Source of the DNA: Paraspadella gotoi
Taxonomy: Eukaryota; Animalia; Chaetognatha
DNA length: 64,000 nucleotides
Assembly: GCA_051294375.1 (NCBI GenBank)
Contig: CM119267.1
Location: 26,055,293 to 26,119,292, forward strand
Direction of reading: 5' to 3'
A program made the translations under genes and the position numbers. Shown piece after piece: positions 1-11,393 of this stretch (position 1 is its first letter; each line of letters begins with the position of its first letter). The notes beneath the pieces are model-generated. The model saw nothing but the letters and a program-made list of their open reading frames with translations. It was not told the origin of the DNA and ran no database searches.

Positions 1-14
1 ATTTGCAGACATGT

Positions 15-282
15 TTCTTTCTCTCTCTCTTTCTCACTATTTTTCTTTTTCTCTCTCTCCCTCCCTTTTTCTTCTCTCCCTCCCTTTTTCTCTCTCTCTC
101 TCTCCTCCCTTTTTCTCTCTCTCCCTCCCTTTTTCTCTCTCTCCCTCCTTTTTCTCTCTCTCTCCCTCCCTTTTTCTCCCTCTTCCCCCTTTCTCTCTCT
201 CCCCGCCTTTCTCTTCTCTCTCTCTCCCCCCTTTCTCTCTCTCTCTTCTTTCTTTCTTCCTGTTTCTCTTCCTCTCTTTTTT
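15..282. repeat. CT-rich low-complexity tract
   Basis: Almost pure C/T run; the ORFs over it are compositional artefacts. Confidence 0.9.
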
Positions 283-640
283 CATTAAAAAAAATTGTGT
301 CAGCAGCGAACTCGTGATGTTAAGCGATAAGCATGGCAGTCTTGCATGTTATCATGTTACCATCGCAAAATAGTTTTTTATTTCGATTTTTCTCTTCCCA
401 CCTTTCTCTCTCCTTTTTTTTCTTTATTTATTTTTTATATTTATTTATTTTTATATTAAGCTAAGTTTGTTATGTATAACTCTTAGTTTGATTTTTTCAA
501 TATCAAAGTTTGTCATTGGTCCAGATTTTTTTTATGCGATTGTGACGTTATTTTTTTTCTAATTTGATTTTATGTTGGTATGTAGAATTAAAAGCAATAG
601 TTTATAAAATGACTGATTTTAATATTTCTTTTTCCGTTAG

Positions 641-879
641 GTTTGAGTTTTCACCGAGATCATCCAGTTGTCATCTTTCGTCGCTCTTTGAGCATCCTCT
701 TCGTCTGTATCGCATCTCCGCCAGCCGTCGCCCTTTTAGCATGCCCCGATCCGGAAAGGGGTCAAACTTTTTGGCGCCTTCTCGGCGTTCGACTCGACGG
801 CCTCGTTCCTGCCATGGCTCTTCCTTTTGCCTTGACCCATATTCTCTTTCTTGGCTCCCATTTTCTTAACCACTTAGAG
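641..879 (+). CDS. RCE1: RCE1 (CAAX prenyl protease 2) internal exon, on the opposite strand to the rest of the gene
   Basis: Acceptor tttccgttAG at 639-640, donor GT at 880-881. Translation RDHPVVIFRRSLSILFVC...LLGVRLDGLVPAMALPFALTHILFLG resembles the RCE1 N-terminal region (RDHP..IKRRF...GFRLEG..PA.LLPL.LT.ILFLGP). Ends in phase 0, matching the exon starting at 48170. Confidence 0.8.
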
Positions 880-2359
880 GTTGGTAACTTCGAATAATCA
901 TTAACTTATCAATATAAAAAAAGAGCCAAAAATCGATATTTCAAAAAGAAAAAATTTGAATTATGTAAATACTTTTATAAGTGCTGATTTTTGGATTTCC
1001 ACTCAAATAATTTTTTTTTGCTTTTCTCATAACCCTATGATCTCTTGACCTCCAAATTGTTGGAAGGCTCCGACAAGATTGAATGTTTTCTTTTAAACCC
1101 AAAATAGTCTTGATTTAGAAACAATGTTAAATAGCTAACGGTTTAACTGGGTTTTATTTAAATAATGGAATGATAATGCAAAACTATTCCCTAAGATCAA
1201 AAAATCAAAAATTCGCTTGGCCAATTTTCCCGTTCTATCGATTTTATAATGCAATAAGATGCAACAAAATTGGAAAAAATAGCAAATTTAAAAATACCAC
1301 ACTGTTGTTGCCAAGTCAAGTCTGATATTCTTTTTTTTCTTCCATTTTATTGAGTTTGATATAAGAACAGAGTCAGAGAGGTTTATTTTTAATATTTACC
1401 AAATTTATTGTTTGTAAATGTTAAAAACTCTCTCTTATTATTTTGAAAATTTATAAAATAAACAAAACACTTTTAAAGCGAGAGTGACAAAAACTAAAAC
1501 TGATATAAACAATAAAATTAAGTAAATGAAAATGGTTATTCAAGATCAGGGTTTTTTGGCTTAATCTCCACTCTCCATTTTCCATAGCCAGGCCTCTTGG
1601 GCGCGCAAGGCCTAAGCGCTCGCTTGTCACGGGGATGGCTGAACCGATTCAAAAGCACGCAAGTTGGGCTCCACAAACGGTTTCGTGGTTATCCATCTAG
1701 TTTACGAATGATGTTTTGATCATTGATTATTTTAAATGAGGAAATAATATCTAAAAATGTATGAGGTTCCCCAAAAAATGGCGATGATCAAAGTTTCAAA
1801 ACTTGTTTATTATAATAAAAATGTTTGACGAGTTAAAAGCATTCAAAGAATATAAACAAATGGTCTTAAAACCGTTCGACGTCAGAGGCTACTGCCCCTG
1901 ACTCGTAAACAGTGCTTTACATAAAAAATAATCGGGATATTCCCGAGTTCACGTTTCTTTTTCGTCTTCATATTCTGTTGGTTTAGATAAAAAAAAATTT
2001 GGATTTTCACAACAAATTTATTTATTATTTGCAGACATGTTTCGAACGTCATTTCGTTCTTCATCAGTGCATATTTGTAGTTTGAATTACAAAAATTTGG
2101 CAAGTTTAAAGTTGAGAAAGAGAGAGAGTGAAGAGAAATTCGCCTCGTTTTTCGTATCATTTTTTTGGGTAATTTTTCTCTCTCTCAATCTCGGCCCGTT
2201 TATAACGTTGGTCATTTTTGAACGTTTACTTATATAATTTTTATGACCGGCTTTTAGAACCACTCTTTGGAATGTCGTTGCTCATCCGAAAACCGTTATT
2301 TTTACGGATTTTCGCGACTTATTTTGTCACGTTATTGTCACGTATTTGCCACGTCTCAC

Positions 2360-2442
2360 CGAGAATAAACGTTTAGACTTTTGGGAAATTCTCGTTTTAC
2401 ACTCGGTGGAGATAAAGTCAGCGAGACTGTTGTCGAAGCCAT
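2360..2442 (-). CDS. possible first coding exon of an unidentified gene
   Basis: AAAAAAATG GCT start context, open frame MASTTVSLTLSPPSVKREFPKSLNVYSR, then donor GTGAGA, in a CpG-rich patch. No recognisable homology. Confidence 0.2.
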
Positions 2443-4399
2443 TTTTTTGGACGAGCGACTCTGCAAACGCCCGGACCGCAAGAGTCGAGACAGAAGTTCC
2501 CTTCAGAGAGAGAGAGAGAGAGAGAGAGTGTGAGTGATTGAGTGAATCAGGAAGATAAAGCTTCCCACAAAGCGTTGTCGTTGTCGCGTTCTTTAAATCG
2601 AGAAATGGGTCAAAGTCAGACGCCGATATCGAATCCAAGGCCGTCTGACGTCGAGCCCTTTTTCTCCTATGGCCATGCCCACTCGCCGCCACGAGCGTCA
2701 ATACAATTTAGGATTATATTTAGTTATTGTAAGAAATTAACATCCTTGTTATACAGACTAAAATGAGCCAACAAAATGTTAAACAAAATATAAAAAATTA
2801 TAAAAAATTAATTTTTTTGAACAAATTGTAATAGTTCACGGTTCTTTTTATAGGAGGAAAAAGAAAATGGAAANNNNNNNNNNNNNNNNNNNNNNNNNNN
2901 NNNNNNNNNNNNNNNNNNNNNNNNNNNNNNNNNNNNNNNNNNNNNNNNNNNNNNNNNNNNNNNNNNNNNNNNNATTTTCAGATGCGCACAGGAAAGTACA
3001 GAAAAAAAAAACAAATCCCTCTTAAAATTCAAACAAGGATGTTATTTCATTTGGTAAACATTTGTCATGACCCCTGAAATATCTTTCCGGTTTCCTTTGA
3101 CTCTTGTTCACAACTGATGGAATTTTAGGAGAGATAAAGAGCGCTTCCCTTCTTCTCATACTTTATTAATGTTGGAGGTTACATTTCTATCCAATTAGTG
3201 AATTGATTTGAAAAGAAAAATGATTTAAAATTTATCCTTACCATAATTTTCTAACTATTCCCGATTTTTTTTATTTTTTTTATTTTTTAAAGAAAAAAAA
3301 ATAATCAGCGTACGAGGTGGCCCAGACGGAAAGTGATGAACTCAACATCGTACGGAAAAAACTGGACAAATTTCAACAATGAATAACATTTAATTCTTAA
3401 TCAATTTTTCAAACAGAAAAACCACTACAGTACTACGGCACTAAGGGTACAGAGTACAAAGAGTTCGTCATCGTCTTCGTCTTTGTTGGAATCATTTTAG
3501 TTCCTAAAAGTCGACCGGCAAAATTTCAAAATTGAATTGATAATAAAATAGAAATGGCATGTTGATTTTATCATAATTTTATGTTTTTCTTTCTCTCTCA
3601 TCTCTATCTCACTCGTTATAATAAATTTATAGTAGGAGTCTACGTCGTTCTTAGAAATCGAGGAAGACTTTTTCAATGGAGATTTTCGTTAAAATCTGAC
3701 TCCCAAATAATGTCAACGCCCCTGGGAAAAATTCAGGTAAAAAATAGATGTAAAAACACTCGATTCCGATCCTGTTACATCTCAAGGGCTCGCATTTTTT
3801 TTCTCTTGACAAATAACCATAATTTGACATCAAACCATCAGATTCAAATGGACTGGTCGCTCGGAAAAATATTTTCGACGCAATTTTTATATATAAAAAT
3901 AAAGGGATTTCTCAATTCAATACAATGTCAACGCATTTAAATATGTTGTAATTTTACAATAAACTTCGAATTCAGGAATCCGATAGCCATATGTCTGAAG
4001 GGCTCTCAAAATTTTTCTTTACATTTTATTGGTTATTTTAATATGATACGATCATGGTAAAATGAATTAGTCCATTTTGGTGAAATTTTTATTTAAAGTA
4101 AAAGTAAAAGAGAGCTAACGATCGGAATTCTAAGAGTTTTCAACCGGGAGTCAGATTCGGAAAAAATCTTATATGGCGAAAATCTTCCAAAGAAGGGGTG
4201 GATTTTCCGAAGATTTTGGTTAATATTTTCTATATTTATGGTCGGATTTTTTTGAAACTTAAAAATAGCAATATTGCCATCATTCTACATTGGCCGGCCA
4301 AAGAATATATTAAAAAAACATTTGACTTTTTTCGTCAGAGCTTAGTCCTATTTATAGGCAATTTGGTTTCAGTTTACAACGAATTTTTATTTCAAAGAA

Positions 4400-4458
4400 A
4401 CGTTTCGAAACGTTCGAAACGTTTCGGCTTTGAATGCAAGCCTTCATCAGCGTCAAAT
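4400..4458 (-). ncRNA. hammerhead ribozyme motif (Penelope-like element type)
   Basis: Minus strand reads CTGATGA-A-GGCTT(GCATTCA)AAGCC-GAAAC-GTT..., followed by the AATAAAAATTCGTTGTAAA tail shared with the other copies. Confidence 0.65.
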
Positions 4459-5874
4459 AATTTGTGAATTGTTAGACAGTTTTTTGTGTGAAAGAAGGGA
4501 GAGAGAGTGAGAGAGAGAGTGTAGAGAGACTTGGCTCTCCCGCGTCGCGAGGTAGGCGTGGCTCGTCGTGAGAGAGACGTAAACGTAAATCTGACGGATC
4601 TCGAACGTCGAAAAGAAAAGAGAAAAGACTCGAAAATGGAACCAAATAATGAGACGAAATAAAAATGTAAATGAAATATAATCGAGCAATAAATCAAGCA
4701 GAAAATAAGACGTGAATCAAGCAAAAAATCGTACAAAAAATCCGGAGAAAATAGTCGACGTCCGTAGAAATAACCGTGAGAAATTAGTTCGTGTCCAAAG
4801 AAAATCGTAAGCAAATCGTGATCAAAGTGAACTAAACTCGGTCTGTCTGGTCTTGTCCAAGTAAAGTATTAGAGAGTAGATAGGCAAGTTATCTGGTCAT
4901 TTATAATGTTATTTTAAATATTTTTACATTTACTGATAGGAAATGATGTCAATATTATTGATGTAACATTTCAAATCAATTGACCCACGCGTTGAAAAAT
5001 AATCTACAAAAAATGGTCATTTTCCATGCCCAATTTTTAAAACAAATCTGCGTTCGTTAAATTTTCTTTTGGTTCCACTTAAATTTTTAGCTTTGGCTGA
5101 GTGTCTTAATTGGTAATAAAAAAATTGATTTTCTTTAATATCTTTTGAACCAAAAATGATAGAACGATGAGACTGGTATCATATTAAAGCCATAATTATG
5201 GGGCATCTTTTCCATATAATTTTTCTTAAATATTTCCTCAGCCTCGGCTCAATGGCTGAGCAGGCTAAATCATCTCATTCCATCCGTGCGTCCCGGGTCC
5301 CGACATTCAAGAGTGTTCAATACAAAAGTCTCTCACTTTTTATAATAAAACAAGTTTGAACAAACAATGTCAGATCTGCCCACGATCATTATCGTAATTA
5401 ATTAATTCAATATCATTAGGAAAATAAACAATGTTGTTTTAATTATCTAATTATTATGATAATTAATACATCTTGCATTTAATTAATAAAAAAGAAAAAA
5501 GAATCATTATCAATTAGTGATACAGGTTTTTAGTCGGATCTGCTTATCAGCAGATCCCGACTCTATAACTCACTTTGTCGGTCCGTCGGTCCGTCCCCTC
5601 AATATTGTCGGGCACACACTTATATCATGTCAGAACATCGAATTATGATAAATTATGCAAAAAAAACGATGTCCGTCCGTCCGTCTTTCCGTCCGTCTCT
5701 TTCCGTCCGTCCGTCCGTCCGTCCGTCCGTCCGTCCCATAATACCACCATTAAAATTCCTTTATTAAAGGAGGCCCATACGCAAGAATTCAGCTTTCTGC
5801 ATTAATAAATAAAAATTCAAAATTCATGGAAAAATGACTTCCAAAGTGAAAGTAAGAGAATGGAGGGTATTAGT

Positions 5875-6022
5875 ATTTAGGGGAGATCAATTAAAACATT
5901 TTCCAATAAATATCTCGTCCTTGTTCGAATTGCAACAAGAAGATGGGAATTTTTTCTCCACTTTCCCGCGCGAAGAAAAATTAATGACTTATGATATCAT
6001 TTTTATCACTGGGTCCCCTTAA
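5875..6022. mobile_element. short TIR-type repeat (GGG...CCCTTAA), related copy at ~22113-22200
   Basis: Shared sequence ggagatcaat...tatctcgtccttgttcg..ttgcaacaag at both loci; the right end abuts TTAA. Confidence 0.35.
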
Positions 6023-6491
6023 GTCTTGCTGCCACAAATCTTCCCAGATCTGTGCTAAAATTTTAATAATATTTTTTTCCTAAATGACGTAAAAGATAAT
6101 ACTTTAAATCCTTTAATAATTTTTGATACTAATCACATTAATTATTATAATTAGAATATTTGTTTATTTCTATTTTTTCAAAAAAAATATAAATTTTAAG
6201 AGTGACTAACTGTATGTACAAATAAATATTACTGTTGAGATAAGACAATGCAGATTTTAATTTATCTGCCAATATTTCGATTTATATTGAGAAATCATTT
6301 GTCCTTTAATCTCATTTGCATATTACAGTGCGGTTAAATTTAAAACGTAAATATTCAATAGTGCGCTTTACATTTAAAAAAAATAACTTCATATACATAT
6401 TTAAGTACATGGAAAGTACAGGAATCACAGACAGGCAAGGCCTAACTCGGAAATCGATCCGGCCTACTGTATATAATAACCCTGATCCTAC

Positions 6492-7077
6492 CTTATTCCC
6501 GCGTTGAGCTGTTGAGTGAGGGTCATTTTTTGACAAACGGAATAACTAAGTAAATAAAAATTTGGTTTATATATCATTGCCATAGCATATCATTAAACTT
6601 ATCTTCGGGTGAAACTCACTTCAATACGATTTGTTTCGAAATTTGACAAAGCTTTGGAACAAGTTTACAAATAGTATCGACCACACATTTTAGAGTAGAA
6701 TCGTCTGTGGGGTAAAAAAAAAAAAATTGGTGACGACGACGAACAAACGAACAAAAGACCAAAAAAACGAACGAACCATCGCTGATCTCCGAATTTGGGT
6801 CGAGATTCTCCGTAGCGGAGTCGTGCGTTCCGGGAATGGCTATCTCCGTGAGCGGCGCGGTCGTCACCGACGCCGGAAGCGCCGCCATCCAATCGGTGTT
6901 GCGGGGGAGAGCGGCATCTTCCACTTTCGGCGAAGGAAGACGCGGCGCCATAAAAAGAACGGCGGCGGCGCGGATTTGAGCAGAAGTGAGAGAAGAATTA
7001 ACGATGAAAGGACAAGAATCGATGACGTCAAAAGATAGAGTCAACAAAAAAACCATAACCTTTAAAAATGAATTCAT
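6492..7077 (-). CDS. PI-PLC X domain-containing protein (PLCXD-like), first three exons; 3' part not found
   Basis: Exons 7077-6777, 6704-6620, 6545-6492 with 72- and 74-bp GT-AG introns. Motifs DWMAALP...PLTEIAIPGTHDSAT and YSVCQKMTLTQQLNAGIR are typical of the PI-PLC X box. Hydrophobic N-terminus resembles a signal peptide. Confidence 0.85.
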
Positions 7078-7403
7078 TCTCCTTGCTTTTCTAAATTTCA
7101 AACTCTAATAACTAATGAAGCGAAAAAATAAAAAATGATTGGAAAATACAAAAGATTCGCGACAACAAAAATTAAATATTTGTAATGTCGTTCCTGTGCG
7201 TTTGATCAAATCGGAAGGCGCAAAGTCTTGAGACAAAAAACAAGTTTGAGCAAACAATGTCGGATCTGCCCACGATCATTATAACAAATTAATTAATTAA
7301 TAATTAATTTATTCAAGTTAATTATTTAATTAATTAGGCAATTAATTAATTTAATTCGAAATGTTTGTTTTGATTGATTAATTGACTGATTAATTAATTA
7401 TTG

Positions 7404-7688
7404 TGTGGATAAGGCGCTAAGTGGGCTGAAGATGACTATCCGTAACTTCTATAACCCCCTTTAGTAGCCATGGAACGGGTCCTGGGCTGGGAACCAGGCT
7501 TGAGGGGTTGCCACGCCCCCAAGGCGGCTTACGGCCGTCCTCACGCTTCCCGCAGGGCAGGTACCGGGTTGGGATTGAACCCGGTACCTAGTGGTCATGA
7601 GCTGATGGCTTTACTCAATGAGCCACCGGGTCAGGACTGAAGGTGTCATGCTTATAGGCGGGGTGAACCTAGGCAATGCCCGACTACA
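7404..7688 (-). mobile_element. solo-LTR-like element, family A, with internal tRNA(Met)-like module
   Basis: TG...CA termini, 4-bp TSD ATTG (7400-7403 / 7689-7692). Minus strand has A box TGGCTCATTGAG, loop CTCATGA, B box GGTTCAATCCC (~7632-7562). Second, truncated copy at ~23658-23843. Confidence 0.75.
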
Positions 7689-8344
7689 ATTGATAAATTA
7701 ATTGACTAATTGATTAATTAACTAATTAATTATTTTATTTATTAATACATCTTGCATTTACATTTAATATAAAAAGAAACAGGTTCTTTGTTTTTTCAAT
7801 TTAAACTCATTTCCACTCAAACGATTTCATCAAAACTTGATTTCCAGTTTAATCACACACTTTTCTACCAAAATACAAAATTTCAAGTCAATCGCCCTAT
7901 CCACTCCTTTAAATTAAATTAAAAGTTGTAAAATCTGCAGTGGATCCTAAATATTTTTTTGGAATTCATTATTGTGAAATCAAATAAAACGATATTAGGT
8001 AAAGGAATCACCGACAGGCAACATTTTGAAAAATTATATGTGCATATGATCTACCCTATTTATTTATTTATTTACATTTAATATAAAAATAAAAAGAAGC
8101 ATAATCAATTTGTGAAACAGGTTTTTTGTTTTTTCCCTTTTAACTCATTTCCACTCGGACGATTCCATCGAAACGTCATATCCAGCTCAATCACACACTT
8201 CCCTACCCACACACAAAAGTTAATTCCAATCCATCCATCCAATCACGAATAATTGGTGTTTTTTGCTAAGGTAGGACGGACGGATGGACAGTTTTTTTGC
8301 ATAATTTATCATAATTCGATGTTCTAACAATGGTTCTAACGATG

Positions 8345-8592
8345 GTCTTTTCATACAATTGAAACATTCTTTAAAATATTATACCACTTCATTGATAGGG
8401 AAGCCAGGTATTCTGGGAGTGAATAAACGTGACTGTGAGAGAGTCTTGATTGAAAGCTTGCAGGGACTTGCTATGTCATTATCTTGTAAGAGTGATGGAA
8501 GCCTTAAACCACCAAAGCCTGTCCAAAGTCAGGGACAAGATAGCTTATTTATTAAATGAATGGATAATTTTTATATTGGTTGTACCAATTTT
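8345..8592 (+). repeat. interspersed repeat, also present as a partial tandem pair at ~58225-58690
   Basis: Near-identical sequence (gtcattatcttgtaagagtgatgga...ccaccaaagcctgtccaaagtcagg) at three places. Confidence 0.7.
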
Positions 8593-8757
8593 ATGATATA
8601 AGTGAATGGCCGACAAGATTGAGAGGGGGCGAACCGACAGACCGACAAAGTGAATTATAGAGTCGGGATCTGTTGAAAGCAGATCCGACTAAAAAGAGGA
8701 AAAGAGAAAGGGAATGACCTCACTCTTCTATCCTTAACATCCTTTCTAATCCCTCGC

Positions 8758-11345
8758 TCAACGCCGGGCGGAATCTCCTCGACCCGCGACGTCGATCACA
8801 ATCTTCCCTCGCATTTTCCGAGCGGCGACGCGTTCGTAGGCCTCGACGACCCGTTCCATCCCAACGGTGGCCTCCACAACAGGTTTGATCAGGCCTCGGT
8901 CCACCAGGCGCGCCGTCGTCCGCATCGCCTGTAAGAAGGGACGATCGTAGAGACTAAGGAATTGACAATACTCGTTTTTTTCTGACGTTTAGCGCTACTT
9001 ACCTTGGCGTCCGGCATGAAGACCGCCCAACAGTAACCAGCGCCCCTTTGGGCAGCACGAAGAACTTTGTCAAAGAGACCGAGACCAGTCTTGAAAACTC
9101 CAACAGGAAGTCCGTGCACGTCCGTGTCGCTAAGTGTTTTCGATAAAAATCAAATTCTGATTCTGTATTATTAAAGAGATGGTACCGGCCCGTATCACTT
9201 AAAGCTTTTGATGTTACTGTCAACTCCCCCCTTCGCCAGGACTGTTTTGGTCATACCATTATGGTGGACTAAAATCCACCAACCGTTCATCAGCGGCCAT
9301 TGGTGCCGGAGGCAAGTCATTCTCCTCCCAACCCAAAGGTCCGGGGTTCTCGCCCGGTGGCCGCCTAGCAGTTAAGAGGGACGGGGCGCTTAACCCGCCT
9401 GTAACACGGTGTTACAGCCTGATCCGAAGCTCAGGGACTGCTTATATTGAACGGTTCTGTCACTAACATAAAACAATAATTACTGTCTCTTCACCATCCT
9501 CAATCCCACATATGCCCTGGAACGAGCTCGTCAGGCCAAACATGCCAGGCAATGAAGGCAAACTGCCGGCCGACGTTGGCTTTATCCCTTTGGTTGTTAC
9601 TACCTTCGGGGCATGGGACCTGGATGCTCTCTCAAACCTAAAAGACTTTGCCAAACTCCAAGCAATGAATGCAGGCTTAGATATCGGCAAAACGTCAAAG
9701 CACTTTTTTGAGAGACTGTGCCTTCAGCGCGAGAACGGGGACCTGCTTGCTTCCCGAAGGCCCGTGATTGAGTTGTCGTCTCATGTGGAAGGAGTTGCTT
9801 GACTTTGTCCCCTGAACTCTTTCTTTTTTATTTTCATTTTTTGTTCACGTTTATTGTTGACATTCCCGCAATTATTTGTTTGCTCTGTTTTCTTTTCAGA
9901 AAAAAAAATCTTCATCCTACTTTTCCACTTTATTCCCACCGCCACACACATCCTTCCACCTCCGCTCGAACCCCAACCTGATGAGATCCCAAGCGAGGTC
10001 GACGTATTTGGCACCGACGAAAGGTTTGAGCAAAGGGATGGCCAACTCGCTGGTCTGCCCGCCGAGAGTATCGAGGATCACGTCGAAACCACCGGCGTCT
10101 TGCAGCTCATCAGTGAAACTCGGCGATCTGGTGGGAAATCATGATAAACGACGTTAAAGTAAAAGTAGTTAATATTAATTATGGAGAGTTGAGAACCTAT
10201 TGATTTTTTTGCATAAAGCGAAAATAATCGAACATTAAAAACTGGGCTCGCGTATCGACCAAAAAAAAATTTTTTAAAAAATAATAAGCAACTATGGTGG
10301 ACTATATTGAACGGTTATGTCACTAACTCATAACAATTATTACTGTCTCTTCACAACGAAAAAAGTGAAAAGCTTTAATCACTTCAATAGTCCGCCGACG
10401 ACGACGAACCTGTAATCGAAGACCCTGTCGGCGCCGAGGGCTTGCACCATAGGAATGGCATCGCCGGGACACGTCGTCACAACCTCCGCGCCCCATGCCT
10501 TCATCAACTGAATGGCGAAAGAACCGATACCGCCTGAGCCGGCGAAGATGAGAATGCGGCTTTTTCTGAAAGGAAGATTGTATTTGATATATCAGTCACT
10601 TTGTCTCGCTAATCTCAACCTGGCGATAATTACTTCCAATATCTCTTGTCTCAACCTTGCAACAACAAAAATGGCCTTTTGAGGACGGAATATTACATTT
10701 GATGAATCAATCACTTCCTCTCGCTTTTATAAAATGGAAGATCGGATTTAATCAGTCTCATTCTATTCCCAACCTGGCAATTTTCTCCGACATTCCGCCG
10801 ACCGTGACTAAGGAGGCGAAGGTGGTGGCGGCAACGAAGGGAATGGCGGCGGCCTCGACGTGTGCGAGGCTCTTGGGTTTGAGTGAGATCTCCTTCTCCG
10901 ACGCGAGGCAGAACTCGGCATGAGTTCCCTGCCTTTTTCCGTCGATTGCCCCCCAAACTTCGTCGCCGCGCTCGAACCCCTTCACCTGATGACCCACGTC
11001 GACTACCACGCCGGAAAAATCGCGACCTGCGAGCGAATTATCAGAGCAAGAGAGAGAGTCAGACATTAATTTCTTTCCTTCAGTCCTAGTCATTAGCGGT
11101 ATGCAGCTGATCAAGTGGACGACACCACACTGATCACGTGGCAAGTTATTTTGGTCGAGGATTCTTGCCATTTAACTTGTCTCTTTCTGTTGGGCGTTTA
11201 TCAAAAGTTTATGTCCAACATTTCCTTCTCCCTTTCCCACTCTTTACCAAAGATCCCCGTTCGAATTTTGAGGTCACACGGTCATTTTATAATTAAAAAA
11301 ACGAAAGATTTTTGTGAAATATTATGCCTCGCGTCCGACATTTTA

Positions 11346-11393
<48 letters not shown>

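Larger units (their letters stand above)
7237..8696 (-). mobile_element. HINE/DINE-1-like Helentron-associated element with nested insertions
   Basis: Family ends aacaagtttgagcaaacaatgtcggatctgcc and gagtcgggatctgttgaaagcagatccgactaaaaa; GGAC microsatellite. Confidence 0.65.

Noticed and set aside
3-373. Leu/Ser/Phe- and Arg/Glu-rich ORFs (also ~17.2, 30.3, 41.7, 46.2 kb)
   Set aside because: Translations of CT/GA low-complexity tracts.
5240-5305. tRNA gene
   Set aside because: Only an A-box-like hairpin; B box and cloverleaf are degenerate.
9293-9365. Functional tRNA-Gly gene
   Set aside because: Anticodon stem does not pair and the unit occurs only inside a repeated element.
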